Source: Octopus bimaculoides
Lineage: Eukaryota
Direction of reading: 5' to 3'
Length of the DNA: 64,000 bases
NCBI RefSeq assembly: GCF_001194135.2
Contig: NC_069002.1
Span: 3,977,284-4,041,283, forward strand
Shown here: positions 24,298-38,438 of the stretch, one piece after another
Numbering within the stretch: the stretch's first letter is position 1
How the letters are laid out: each line of letters opens with the position of its first letter
Translations under genes and position numbers: made by a program
Notes under the pieces: generated by a model
The model's database searches: none
Seen by the model: only the letters and a program-made list of their open reading frames with translations
Told to the model about the DNA's origin: nothing

Positions 24298-25013
24298 TAA
24301 AGGTTATACTTTAGATAGAAATAACTACGACTTAGAGGTCCTACAAAAGAAACTGATAGAATAAGTACCAGACAAACAATTAAAGAAGAATATATTAATA
24401 ACAGTGGGATCTTTTCTGTTTGGCTGTTGTTATGTATAAATGTGAAGACGTATGGCCTCGTGGTTTCGGTTCCTAGACAGGGTGGTACGTTATGTTCTTG
24501 AGCAAAAACACTTCATCTCACGTTGTTCTACGATCTCTTCAACACCTGACGCATGGTCTACAATGCGCCTGTGCAGGCAAAGTTGATGTGATAGAGCGAG
24601 TGAGCTAGTACAGCACATACATTAAATCGCTATTAAATTTGTGCAGATCGTCCGGCAACAGCTGAACACTTATAACATCGTCTTCGATGGGCGTCAGTTA
24701 ATAAGCAACTTTAACTAATGGTTAAATAAAGTCGCTTATCATGTAAAAACTTTTATTAACTATAGTTTATTTTATATTTAAAAGTGAAATGGGGGTTCTT
24801 TTCCTGTCTTTATTTCTATTTACCTTATAATGCTTTCTGTTCGTAGCCTTTCGCTCGTGGTTTTTAAATGCCCATTTATCGTAGTCGCGAGCAGACATAA
24901 ACATCCTCTCGAATAAGTCACCCTCGACCTAACGGGACATCTGTGACATGACAAGTGATGGTGGCGATGGAAAGCGGGGAGGAGGGAGTTGCACTCTAAC
25001 ACTTGAGACTGGT

Positions 25014-25062
<49 letters not shown>

Positions 25063-25171
25063 ATTTCGTAATGAGATAAAAAAAAAACCAAGGCTGTGTA
25101 TAATATAGAACATTTATAAATAGAAGGTCTTACAGCTGTTTCCAGGATATTTCTTATATCCCTTCATCGGA

Positions 25172-25348
25172 GATGGTGCTCCAGCAATGCTTGGTTGCCG
25201 CTCTGGCTTTCAGACAATGGTGAAATGGGAAGTCTCCTGACGCAATTGGTACGCATTGTACACTCCATCGCCAAGCATTGATGGTTAAAAGAATGCCCGA
25301 CCATTTGAAGATTGTATTGAATGATGTGGTCAAAACGGTAAATTTTAT
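25172..25348 (+). mobile_element. hAT (Buster/Charlie-like) transposase fragment
   Basis: DGAPAMLGCRSGFQTMVK, then after a frameshift SPDAIGTHCTLHRQALMVKRMPDHLKIVLNDVVKTVNFI; contains the DGA motif and the CxxH motif of hAT transposases. Confidence 0.85.
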
Positions 25349-27987
25349 ACTTACTTCGCTGATGAAATCTCATAAGATGGGAACATCTCCCCCGCCTCTA
25401 CTTGTTAGCTCTTAAAGACAAGATCCTCTCCTAAACGTATTGTCTTTATTTTCCAAAACTTGGGCTTAGCTAGCATAACTGGCAATATCCTCGCTGGTCG
25501 CTGTTTTCCATATTTGAAACTCTCTTGTAGGAAGATTGTGTCTTCTAATTGGAAGGGTTGTCTTGGTTAATTGAAGTTTCTGAACTAGCTGTATTACATT
25601 TGTGGAACTGTTGTGTGTGTGTGTGTGTGTGTGTTTATATGCACACATATATACAGACATACACACTTATATATCTATATGCATATGTACACACATATAT
25701 GCAATTGTATGTATACGTACATTCATAGACACAGACACACAGCATACGTACACTCAAACACACACACATATGGTAGAGGGGCATACATACATAGATTTTG
25801 AAGGCGGTTCTTCACCATGGCCTGAGCTGAGACGGCTAAAAACAAACTAAAGAGAACTAAGAACCACAGAGAGACCTCAGTTCGTGTTCATCAACCGTTA
25901 AACTACAGGGAAAGTGAAAGAAAGTAGAGATAGACGGAGAAATGGTAATGTGGGCCAAAAGTGGTGGGTGCAGTGGTGAGAATAAAAGAGAGAGAAGCAG
26001 AGCGATAGAGTTGGTAATGTGAGCTAGAGAGGTGGCGGCGTCGGTGTAAAAGGAAAATGGGCTCCACTCATTCACTTTAACAAAGGAAGAATAAACTGGA
26101 TACGTGAGTGAAGGAGATCGCTTGATGTAGGAGTCGTCTGTCCGAAAGAAACAGCAGATATTACTCTCCTTACGCCGTGTCAAGGAGGCAGTAAGCTACG
26201 TGAGATCGTTCGGGTTGCTAGAAATAGCAACTGAATCTCTTTTACATCACATGTACTGTCTTAAAACAAACAAGCATTGGACAATGCAATACGGGTAAAA
26301 TATATTATTTGGGGGTGGTGGAGAAGAAAAAAAAAGGGTTGTTTACCATTGGAATATAACTGTATCTGGGGTTAAACAATATTGGCTCAATAGAAACTCA
26401 GGATCTTTTCTGTTTGGCTGTCAATTTTCAATTTCTTCAGTTTTGTTCCAGTAGATTTCATATTTGATATAATGGTGTAGTTTTGTATGGTAATTATTGA
26501 TATGAAATTCATTTTCTCCTTAAATCGATAAATAAAGAGTTAATAGCTTTTAAAGTTTGCAAACGACAGCTTCCAAATCCTGTTTTCTGACTGGGTAAAA
26601 ACGATCAAACTTTAAAACTATGTAACTTAAAAAAAAAAAATTTTTTTTAAATTCTGGAACAAGTGAATTATTTCCTGGGATTCAGCGTGAAAAATTACGT
26701 GAAAAATGTTTAGCGGTATTTTTTTTCGGCTCTTTACATTCTGAGTTCAAATTACGTTGAGGTCGATTTTGCTTTTCATCACTTCGATGAAATAAGTACT
26801 AGTCAAATACTGGGGTTCGATGTAATCAACTTGATCCTCTCCTTAAAACCGTTAGTTTTGTGTCAAAATTTGAAGCATTCATTGTATAAGTTATGTGATA
26901 TTAGTTAATTAAAATATGCCTGGTCCTGTGCCAATATTTGAGTCAACCCCCCCCCCCCAAGCCCGAAACATTATTGACATTGGTTTCAAATTTTGACACA
27001 TGATTGTACTTTATTTTATCGACCTCGAAAGAATGATAGATAATACAGCAGTTCTTGGCTGTATTTCGACCGTCGGGATTAACTATGTATCTATCTATAT
27101 TCTCCGGGATGCGAACCTGGACAAGACTTTTTTAAAATTGAAATGCTGCTATTCATGCAGCAAGCTCTGCCCCTTTCACATTGCGGATGTTGCCAAAGGG
27201 AAAGGCAAGCATACCGGAAGGGGAGAGAGAGAGAGAGAGAGAGAGGGAGGAAGTGTTGTTAACAAGGGGTCGCGTTGACAAGGGTCGCTTTGACCCTCGC
27301 TGACAACCCAGTTTCTGTTCATGCCTGGTGCCATTCCACTCGAGGCATGTCGCTAATGCATTTGGGAAAGGCGTGAACACCCCGACACTACCCTTCCTGC
27401 CCATCCACTCGCTCTTTAAGAGAGCACACACACACACACACAGCACTCAAGGATACACCCAAGGAAGATCAGCTGCTGCAAATTCAATCATAAACTAACT
27501 TCCTGCCATCAAGCGACTACAAAACCCGCTAGAAAATAAGTTACGGTGGTGCTCCAGCATGGCCGTAGTCTTAAGAGTGAAACCATTAAAATAAAACAAT
27601 AAAACACATACACCTCAATTTTTTTAAAGACAGTATGGTTTGATGCGAGGAAGATTAAGTTCTTATTTCTAGCAGGTGCAGGGACCTTCTATCTCCTAGG
27701 AATAGCAGGGAGAAGGCTCATATGTCAAGCCTGTCCGTCTCTCTCTCTCTCTCTCTCTCTCAGCCCCAGGTAAGGCCAAATCGACCAGGCCTATGGTCAA
27801 ATATATTCTAATCGCGTCCAGCCATCTTCTTGAATATCTAGGACCACAGTAGCTTATATCTGTCATTTTCAAGACTATAGTATTAATTTTTTTAAGATGC
27901 GAGGGAGATTAGGCTGTTATTCCTAGCAGGTGGAGGGACCTATCTGATAGAAATTAGAGAGAAGTTTTGTTATGTTAAGTCTGTCTG

Positions 27988-28057
<70 letters not shown>

Positions 28058-28498
28058 CATATCTCTATCTATCTACCTACCTATCTATCTATCTTTATTT
28101 ATTTATTTATTGTCTGCTCTTTCTAGCCGGTCGAGAGACAATGCAATGGGCAAACTTCCTCGGTGATTCGGGTATATATGTAGTACACAGTGTATCAATG
28201 TCATTGTTTAGCAACCAGATAAGCGCAGTTTCAGAAGACATAGCTATTATTTAAGGCATTCCATCCGTTATTAGTCCTATTTTTTTTTCCTAATTCAGAT
28301 ATAGTGTATGTAGGACTAAATTTATGTAATATAGCATTCTTTTTTTAATTGGGTAAAAAAAAAAAAACAGGACTTTAGGGCGTGATATTTTTAGCAAGGC
28401 GAGCGACAGACCACACAGGGTTGTTTCTTTGTTGATTCGTGACCAAATGAATTATTCGGTTATTCGGACAAATGTTTATATTAACGAACACGACAAGG

Positions 28499-28530
<32 letters not shown>

Positions 28531-28939
28531 ACACACACACACAAATATACACATGCAAACTTACTCAAACTCACACACACATACAAACTTACACAAACAC
28601 AACATACAAAGAGACACGTACACAAATATACATCTACACACACACAAACACCAACGAAATCACGTCCTCATAAGAATGCTTGACTTTCTTTTCAGAAAGA
28701 ATGTTTTGTTTAAGGATTATTACAAAAGAATCGAACATATTTAATCACTGATTAGCATTTCTGATTAATAATTTATTTTCTGCATAAAAAGATTACCAAT
28801 TAAATAAATAAAACTATAACATTTTTATTTATTTTTATTTAAAATTCTGTTTCGTGGATCTAGGATCGAAACGGAGAAAGCAGTTTTAAATATTGTGGAT
28901 TTACGTATATGTGTGTGTGTTATTTCTTTACTACCCACA

Positions 28940-29100
28940 AGGGGCTACACACAGAGGGGACAAACGGATTAAGTCGGTTATATCGACCCCAGTGCGTAAC
29001 TGGTACTTATTTAATCGATCCTGAAAGGATGAAAGGCAAGGTCGACCTCGGCTGAATTTGAACTCAGAACGTAACAGCAGACGAAATACCGCTAAGCATT
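28940..29100 (-). mobile_element. SINE (family A), CpG-retaining copy
   Basis: atcgaccccagtgcgtaactggtac...gtcgacctcggctgaatttgaactcagaacg. Confidence 0.75.
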
Positions 29101-29312
29101 GGAAAAGCAGGTACACACACACACACACGTGTGTGTTCGATTTTATAAAGGAGAAAGACCATTTAATATATAAAGCGGAGGCTATCTTGTATTTTATTGG
29201 AAGAGAATACTATCGGGTTATTCAAGGCCCCAGAGTTTCGTGTTAAATCATCAAACTCTAGGCCTCTGAGCTCTTGTGATATTCTCCGCTAATAAATGAC
29301 TGTGCGTGTGTA

Positions 29313-29397
<85 letters not shown>

Positions 29398-29589
29398 GGG
29401 TTAAGGCTACCATTGGTTTCATGTTAAGAGAGAAATCTCTTAACAATTATCAAGCCTTCCACATGGAACATAGTTCCGAATGTTCCATGTGACAGGATTA
29501 ATAATTGTTAAGGGATTTCTCTTTTGCATGAAACCAATGGCAGCCTTAATCCATAAATAATCTTTATCCACCACTGTGGTGTTCGATAT

Positions 29590-29620
<31 letters not shown>

Positions 29621-29904
29621 GTTGAACAGAAGAACACAAACTAGAGGAAAACTTAACGGACGGGAAATTTAGACAAAGACACGGTACACGGAATATGCTT
29701 ATATTAACATATATACACACGCTAACATCGAACAATGAGAATGAGTGCTCAATATAGCATTCGTGGATAAATATTCTTTATATGTCAGTTAACAAGGCTA
29801 CCATTGGTTTCGTACCGAGAGAAATCTCAGCAATTATCAAGCCTGCCATATTGGGACGATACTGTTCGCCTCCATTTTGGATGAAGACACAACGAAGTGT
29901 TATT

Positions 29905-30275
29905 CTTTTACTTGTTTCAGTCATTAGACTGTGGCCATGCTGGGGCACCATCTTGAATTTTAGTCAAACGAATCAACCCCAACACTTATTCTTTAAGCCT
30001 AGTACATATTCTATCTGTCTCTTTTGCCGATTTGCTAAGAACGGGAACATAAACACACCAACACTGGTGTTTAGGTGGTGGCGAGGGACCAACACTCCCC
30101 TCACCCTCACACATGTACGATGGGCTTCTTTCGGTCTCCGTCTACCAGATCCACTCACAAGGCTTTGGTCGGGCCGAGGCTATCGTAGAAGACGCCGAAG
30201 TTGTCACGCAGAGGGACTGAACCTGGAACCATGTGATTGGGACGCAAACGTCTTACCATACAGTTATGCCTGCGC
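29905..30275. mobile_element. Adjacent SINE C (+) and SINE B (-) copies
   Basis: Family C core at 29905-30110 followed by reverse family B core (ccgtctaccagatccactcacaaggctttggtcgg). Confidence 0.65.
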
Positions 30276-30383
30276 CTATATTCTTACCATAATGTATGAG
30301 AGACATGAAGTTCCTAGTTATTTAACTAAGAAAACCATAATTATTCAATAAAATAACTCGAAAATATTATAATATAGACTAGA

Positions 30384-30560
30384 GCAGCAAGCTGGCAGAA
30401 TCGTTAGCAAGCCGGGAAAAATGCTCGGCGACATTTCGTTCGTCTTTATGTTCTGAGTTCAATTTCTGCCGAGATTGATTTTGCCTTTCATCCTGGGTTC
30501 GATGTAATCGACATAATCCCTCCCGATCTTGCTGGATTTGTGCCAAAATTTGAAACCAAT
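30384..30560 (+). mobile_element. SINE (family A)
   Basis: gctggcagaatcgttagc...gttctgagttcaatttctgccgag...ttgcctttcatcc. Confidence 0.7.
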
Positions 30561-30718
30561 ATTATATTGTAGACTGAATATTATGGCTCTAAAAGTGAAC
30601 CATGCGTTTCTGGTTGCCTCTTAGGCCCTCGTCGGGAGCACAGGACAGTATTGTATTTATTAAGTAGGCTTAGGTTCATGGAGCCAATATTGAAACCTCG
30701 CTCTCCCTCCTCTCTCTC

Positions 30719-30761
<43 letters not shown>

Positions 30762-30989
30762 TTCCATAGAGCTAAGTCTACTTCTTAAATGCAATATTGT
30801 GCTTCTGACGAGGGCCTAAAAGTAATCAGAAAAGCACGATTCGCTTTTAGAACTATAATATTCAACGGAAACTCTATTCCATCTATATTATGTTATTGAG
30901 TTATTTTATATACTCAATATATAGAGCATACCCAATATATAAGTTTAATAATGCATACTTGAGAAACAGAACTTAATATCTATCTATCC

Positions 30990-31026
<37 letters not shown>

Positions 31027-31708
31027 CTTACCTACATATATATTTGGCTGAAAAGTTACACAAGTGATTCAAGGTTCGGGACTTTCGTGTATGGCATTAT
31101 GTGTGTGTGTGTGTGTGTGCGTACACATATATTTATGTATACAAATACACATTTTTCTTTGAGCCCTCAACTCCGAAAGAAATCGTAGAGGTGCTCTAAT
31201 GAAACAGCGTGTTTGGGGCATTTGAAGATAGTACGGAGAGCCCACCCCTCTCTGGGTTACAGTTACATACATATTAAAAAACAAACAAAACAGAAGAAAC
31301 AGTTAACTTATAAAACTGTAATGACGAATATATTGACACGTTTGTATATTTCATGAATTCTCTTTACTTTTACGAGGTATAATATTCTTCTCCACACAAG
31401 ACATATCTTACCTGCCGATGAAGTAACGAGACTAACTCTGCGTGGTGGTCGCCAGGCCTGCTAATAGCGCCAATTGTCTTTCAGTGTACTGTCTTAAGAA
31501 TAAAAGGACTCACTAGATAACAGGGACCTTAGAATAGTATAGCTGAACCCTTCTTTCCATCAAAAAAAAAAAAAAAAAATTAAGGCAGGATGATCACGAT
31601 TGGAACGCCTTTAGGTATAGGTCTGATCAATCAATATTTAGGGTTAAACAACGACGACAGCCGATCTATCTATCTATCTGGCTGGCTGTCTATCTATCTA
31701 TCTATCTG

Positions 31709-31739
<31 letters not shown>

Positions 31740-32074
31740 GGCTGTCTGTCTGTCTATCTATCTATCTATCCGATTTCCCTTGTCTTATCCATCTAAACCT
31801 CTCTCTCTCTCTGGCCTTTGTCTTTTCCTCCTATCTTTCTTGTACACACAAACGTACATATGTCTAAATCATACGCGCATTTTACATCTTTTTATATGTG
31901 ACGGAAAGCAAAGAGAGTTTGAATATTTATAATCAATTCAACGTATGTGAAATTTGTTCTTTGCATCCTGTTTTCATCCAATATCACTGTATACTCCTAA
32001 AAAATTCATACTTTTTCTTTCTTGCATTTTTCCGTTTTAATTTTTCCTTCCTTCATTTGGTCTCCTTCTTGTCT

Positions 32075-32116
<42 letters not shown>

Positions 32117-32393
32117 AAATATATATTCTTTATGCATTTTAGTTGCATCTGACATATTGTGTGACCTTGGATGTATGTGCATGCATGGTAACGGGAGTGC
32201 TTTTAATGTGCAGCTTGCCTGTATTTTCCGTTGGAATTTTGGTGGTCGCCAAGACACGAGCTTGTAGAGATAGGTGCATAGGAGAGAAAGAGAGAGGCAA
32301 GAGACTGAGTCACTCACACACGCGCGTGCGCGCACGCATAATTACACTTTCACACCCGCACACGTACGCACGTATACAAAGGTAGAGTTGTAT

Positions 32394-32429
<36 letters not shown>

Positions 32430-33361
32430 AGGATGTCTGTAGATAGTTACAGAGCAGAGCATAAGAGACTCAGAGAGAGAGAGAGAGGGAGAGAGAGAAA
32501 GAGTAGACAGAATAGTGTAGATATATAGAGTGAAGGAAGACAGAATCAGAAAGGATGAGAGAGAGAGAGAAAGAAAGAGAAAGAGCGACATAGCTGCGCG
32601 CGCGCATATATATATCTATACATACACACATACATGCATACACACATACAGAGGAGAGAGAGAGAGAGAGCTGTGTAGATAGATAAATAGACAGAGGGAG
32701 GAAGGCGAGTTAGAGAGTTGAATAGACAATGAGAAAGTGAGAGTGGAGAGTGAGAGAGAGACTGAAAGCTGAAGAGATTGAATAGATAGATAGTGAGAGT
32801 GAAGACAGAGAGAGAGAGAGAGAGAGTTGAATAGTTATAGAGAGAGTGAGAGCGGAGCGAGAAAGAAAGAGAGCGAGAGAGACAGACAGACAGTTGAATA
32901 GATAGACAGAGAGAGTGGAGTGAGAGAGAGATAGTCAGAAAGCCATCGTTTTGCCGGCAGATTGCTCCTGTTTGTTGGTGGTGCGTACGTGTCTTCTTTC
33001 TATTATTTATTTCTGTTATATATTTATTCACCTACATCAAACACTTCATTCATTGCTCTTTATTATTTACTGTTCAGCTCATTAATGCCTATTAATCACC
33101 AAAGTGGTGGAAATCTTTGATTTAATTTTAATAAGCGATTTGGATTTAAAAAAAAATTTCTCGGTTGCCTCAGCATTTTCGGTCCATTTGGATAAATAAT
33201 ATGGATGTGGAAATAGATGTGGATGTTATTAACCAGTTTTTGTTCTTACACAAACTTGATTCCATGCCTCTTTCTTATTCTACAGCTCCTGTGATTATAC
33301 ACTCATTTTTATTGTATACACAAACATAGAGAGAGTGAGAGAGAGAGAGAGAGACACCTAA

Positions 33362-33402
<41 letters not shown>

Positions 33403-33482
33403 CAACACGGACGCTATGCATGTATAGACACATATATAACACACAAACACATTTTATGCATATATAAACACCCTTTATACAT

Positions 33483-33517
<35 letters not shown>

Positions 33518-33606
33518 CATACATAAGAAACAGCTCCGAAACAAATTTATATATACATGTATTTGTAAATGCACACACATGCATCTATGTTGTGTGGTTG
33601 TGTCTG

Positions 33607-33650
<44 letters not shown>

Positions 33651-36506
33651 GTATATATACACTCACACACTCATGTATGTGAGCGAGTGTGTGTAGTGTA
33701 TGTATGTATCTTAAGACTCTTGACAACAACTAGGTCTGACTCACGTTGCTTTCACCCTATCTTATTTAGAATTTGAATTATGATAATCTGGAATTATGAT
33801 AATCTTCAAGAATATTAATGAAAGCTGCCAGGCTGTTTGTTATATTACAACTGGGCTGTTGGAACGTGTTCTTACAAAAGACATATATGTAGAAATATAA
33901 TAATGATAGTAGTAATAATAATACTAATAATAATTATGATGGTGATGACCGTGGTATTATCTCATTCTTCCGAATTTTGAATGGTGACGGGGGAATTGGA
34001 GGTGGTTTTCATTATTTTTCTATATGTCGGTTTTAGATTTTCTTTCCTCCCTATTTTTCGTTAATAAAACAAAACAAACAATCGCTTTATTAGGTGAAAA
34101 TGAAAATCACAGATTTATAAACCTTTGGTTCCCCCCCCCCGTTAGTTTTCCTTCTGTTTGTCTCGGTCTAAACCAATAACTCTTATTTAAGACAGACTTC
34201 ATTCACACAATAAGGAGAATAAACAAACAATAAAACTACCATGATTAATAATAGCCTTCCTTCTTTTTAATATGGACACAAAAGACTCGACGATATATCT
34301 ATGTACAGTCTCTTCATTGTCTTTTTTTTTCCTCGAAGGCTTTTAGCTATTGTAGTGGGAAAGAAATGGCTTATTAAAATGGAATGGAAACCGGGTCGCG
34401 GAGTCGGTTCGCCGGGAGTTTACCGTGTACTGTAGACAGTTGTATAATTCTCACTTTCTATTGTTCTTTCAAATAATGCTCGAAGAATTGAATAACAGTG
34501 GCTGCTGGGATAGATTCGATCGACAATATCCCTTCTCCTCTTTTCTTTTTTTCTTTTTACTCTCCTTATGTAAATAATATAATAAAGTTCCCCGGTAAAG
34601 CCGACTGACTCCATGATCCGGTCTCTCTACACACTGCTGTTATCGGGAGAGATGGCTCCGTTTCACGTTGCTTCCCGCTAAACATCTCAGCCTTCATACT
34701 TATGTAAGAAGCTAGGAAGAAAATAAAAAGGAAAAGAAAGTGGCGTTTATCGTCGTGACTTGCTGATGAAATTTCCTGAGTTCCATGTACTCCACGAGCC
34801 GGTTTCGATTCCTGGTGACATCCACTTTGGTGTGTTCACACCGCGTTACTGCTAACTAATTCTTGCTAGTAACATTCGTCGCCCACGTTCGAATCCCCAA
34901 CGGAGTTCTATTTTACGATCTTTCGAGACGGTATGAAGCTGTCTGGATAAGCATGAATGCCTCTGTTTTACTTTTATTTCTCGCCCCCCCCCCCTCTGAA
35001 TTAAGCTGGCTCTAATTTTCTTTAGGAAATCACAATGACTTCATTATCTTTTCCCTTTAAACTTTATTCGAAAGGAAATGTACAAAAAAACTGGCTCGTG
35101 CTTCTTAGGGGTTTAAATCTAACTCTCATCTTCCTGAGGATGGAGTCTGCTTTGTCATTTTCTTTTTTTATCATGGATAAAACGAAGTATGTGGTCGATC
35201 GCTCAATCTGGTACAAACAGAAACCTAATTCACCTAAACGTCATTTTTCTTTTCCCCTAATACAGGATGGTCGCTGCTGGAACGGCAACGATCACAGGTC
35301 TGCTTCATCAGAGCCGGCCTGTTAGATACCAGTAATATACTGTGGCTATTGAATCAGTTATACAGTCCCTCCCTCATTTTCTGTTTATGAAGAAAGACCA
35401 GCCTTGAGCCTCGTCTACTTCAGTTGAACGAAGATTGTGATGCTAATGTCTGACTTAACAGACGCGAGCCATTCAGATCTTTAATAGCAGAGCTTAATGA
35501 AAGAAATGATGTGGCGTTCGTGACATGGCCTCTTTCTTCTTTATATTGTTTTAATATTAATTTATATTAGGCAACATAAGTGAATTAAAATTAAATATAT
35601 TTTTCTCTTCCGACTGAGTGAGGCGAACTCTGGTTGTCGCAGATGGCATTCGTTTTAAAAGTGACGGGATGGAGGATGTAATTTCGCTATTTTTCTTATT
35701 CGCCTTCTAAATATGTAGTGGAAAACGGAGAGGGAAGCAGGATGATGTGGTGTTCATCACGGTTAATTGGGAAGAAATTCATCTATAACATGACTACCCG
35801 TTCACCGAAGCCGAAGTATGCAGAGACGCGCGCGCGCACACACATACATTATATAATATGTATGCATATATGCATGCATGTATGTATAGATGAATATATA
35901 TATGTATGTATGTATGTGTGTGTTTGTGTGTGTGTATGTATACACTGTCTGAGATGCATTGTGCCTGTATAACACACAGATATATACATGTATCTCTAGC
36001 ACAAGTATATACATGTATATATGTGTGTGTATGTATATATATATATATATATATATATACTCTCTCTATATATATATGTATGTATATATAGAGAGATGTA
36101 TATATAAATACATTGGTACACACACACATTTATAGTCTGTGTGAGACATGTGCCTGTGTGTGTGTACAGCATACATAAATGTGTGCTGTCAACGAAAGAA
36201 ATCTAGTCTGTTTTATTGAATTATGAAATATTTTCTTTCCCATTCATATCGAAGTGTCACTATTGTATCTGTCCGTATGTGCACACATATATATGTGTGT
36301 GTGTGTCTCTCTCTCTGTCACTTATATATTTATACATGTATATAGTTCTACCTATGTTTTCTAATGGTGCTATATATATATATATGTGTCCGTCCGTCCG
36401 TCGCTGTCCGTGTCATTCATTTGCAATGATTTCATGTCTGTTATGACATTTCTCTCTCTGCTAAATCTTTTTGTTATTAATCAATGATGTCAACATAATA
36501 CTATCC

Positions 36507-36537
<31 letters not shown>

Positions 36538-36699
36538 ACGTACACACTCTTTCCCTCTCCTATTGTATGTGACAGTATATCTGTGTATGTGTGTACACAC
36601 ACGCGCACGCACGCACACACACACACAGACAGTTTAACTCTCTGTATATATAAATGTATATATATATATAGTCTGGGTGTGTATGTACGTATGCATGTA

Positions 36700-36785
36700 T
36701 ATATATAATGTATGTATATATATACATGCATACTATATATGTACACATATATGTACATTATATATAAGTACATAGGTATATATAG

Positions 36786-36822
<37 letters not shown>

Positions 36823-36960
36823 TGTGTATATGTATATATAATGCATGTATATATAGTATGTATATATATGATGTATGTATCTATATATAGATGTGTATGT
36901 ATGTATATAGTATGTATACATGTATTTATGTATATATCTATATATAGTATGTATGTATAG

Positions 36961-36991
<31 letters not shown>

Positions 36992-37600
36992 TGTATATAT
37001 ATATATATATAGTATGTATATATATATATATATATATATATAGTATGTATATATATATATATATAGTATGTATATATATATATATGTAGTATGTATATAT
37101 ATATATATATAGTATGTATATATATATATATAGTATGTATATATATATATATAGTATGTATGTATATATTTATATATAGTATGTATGTATATATTTATAT
37201 ATAGTATGTATATATTTATATATAGTATGTATGTATATATATATGTATAGTATGTATATATAGTATGTATGTATATATATATGTATAGTATGTATATATA
37301 GTATGTGTATATATATATATATATAGTATGTATGTATATATATAGTATGTATATATATAGTATGTATATATATATATATATATATAGTATGTATATATAT
37401 ATATAGTATGTATATATAGTATGTATATATATATATATATATATATATAGTATGTATGTATATATATAGTATGTATATATATATATATATATATAGTATG
37501 TATGTATATATATAGTATGTATATATATATATATATAGTATGTATGTATGTATATATATATATAGTATGTATGTGTATATATAGCATGTATAGATTGTGT
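36700..37600. repeat. Compound satellite TAGTATG(TA)n
   Basis: Dozens of tagtatg units separated by variable (TA)n. Confidence 0.9.
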
Positions 37601-37648
37601 GTATGTATATATATAATGTGTGTATGTATACATAGTTTAAATCTGTGC

Positions 37649-37689
<41 letters not shown>

Positions 37690-38398
37690 AGAGAGAGAGA
37701 CACGCACATTTGATATCTGTGTGCATGTATATCTATGTATATAATGTGTGTGTGTCTGCATGTATATATTGGTGTGCACAGGCTATGGGGGGAGGGGGGA
37801 GGTAACGTTGCTAGAGACCCGCAAAATGAAAAGGGACAAATGAACCCAGCATGGGTTCAACGGTTGTCTAGCAACAGCACACAACAGTGCGGGTGGATTA
37901 AAACACCTTAAAAAAAGCACTTGTATCAACCCCATTAGCCTGGTGTTGACTGGCAGAGTTAAATACTAGGGTTTGGTCTCTGGTGTTGGATAAATCAATC
38001 CATCGGCAAATATATAGTACTCGTGGCCGACAAATATATTCAAGAAATGGCCATCTCCTACAAGCACCACCCCTACTATATATATGTATATATAGGTATA
38101 GATAGATATACACACATGCATATATTGCGGGGGCGTATAGATACTCAACATTTGTGTCTGAGCACTCAATAAAACCATTTGTGTGAAAAAAATGACATCA
38201 TAATCAAACCCCAAATCTTTACTGACTGGCGAATATCCTTTTATTGCAGCGCTGTATAAGAAGGCCCATGCCTTCTGATAGAAGGCATGGGGTCGACGTA
38301 ATAGTTTCCGGTCATCCTGCTCTTGCTTATCGCTGGATATTTTTAACTATGGATACTTAAGCGCCTGGCGTACATGTCGAACTAGTGGATGCTTCTTG

Positions 38399-38438
<40 letters not shown>

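Noticed and set aside
30798-30837. Hammerhead-like CTGACGA...GAAA; similar words at ~1767 and ~20707
   Set aside because: There is no stem I, and stem II does not pair; only a simple gtgct/agcac hairpin forms.
36507-37744. Tyr/Ile/His/Thr-rich ORFs, and similar YI, CV and LS repeat ORFs elsewhere
   Set aside because: They are translations of (TA)n, (CA)n and (GA)n microsatellites.
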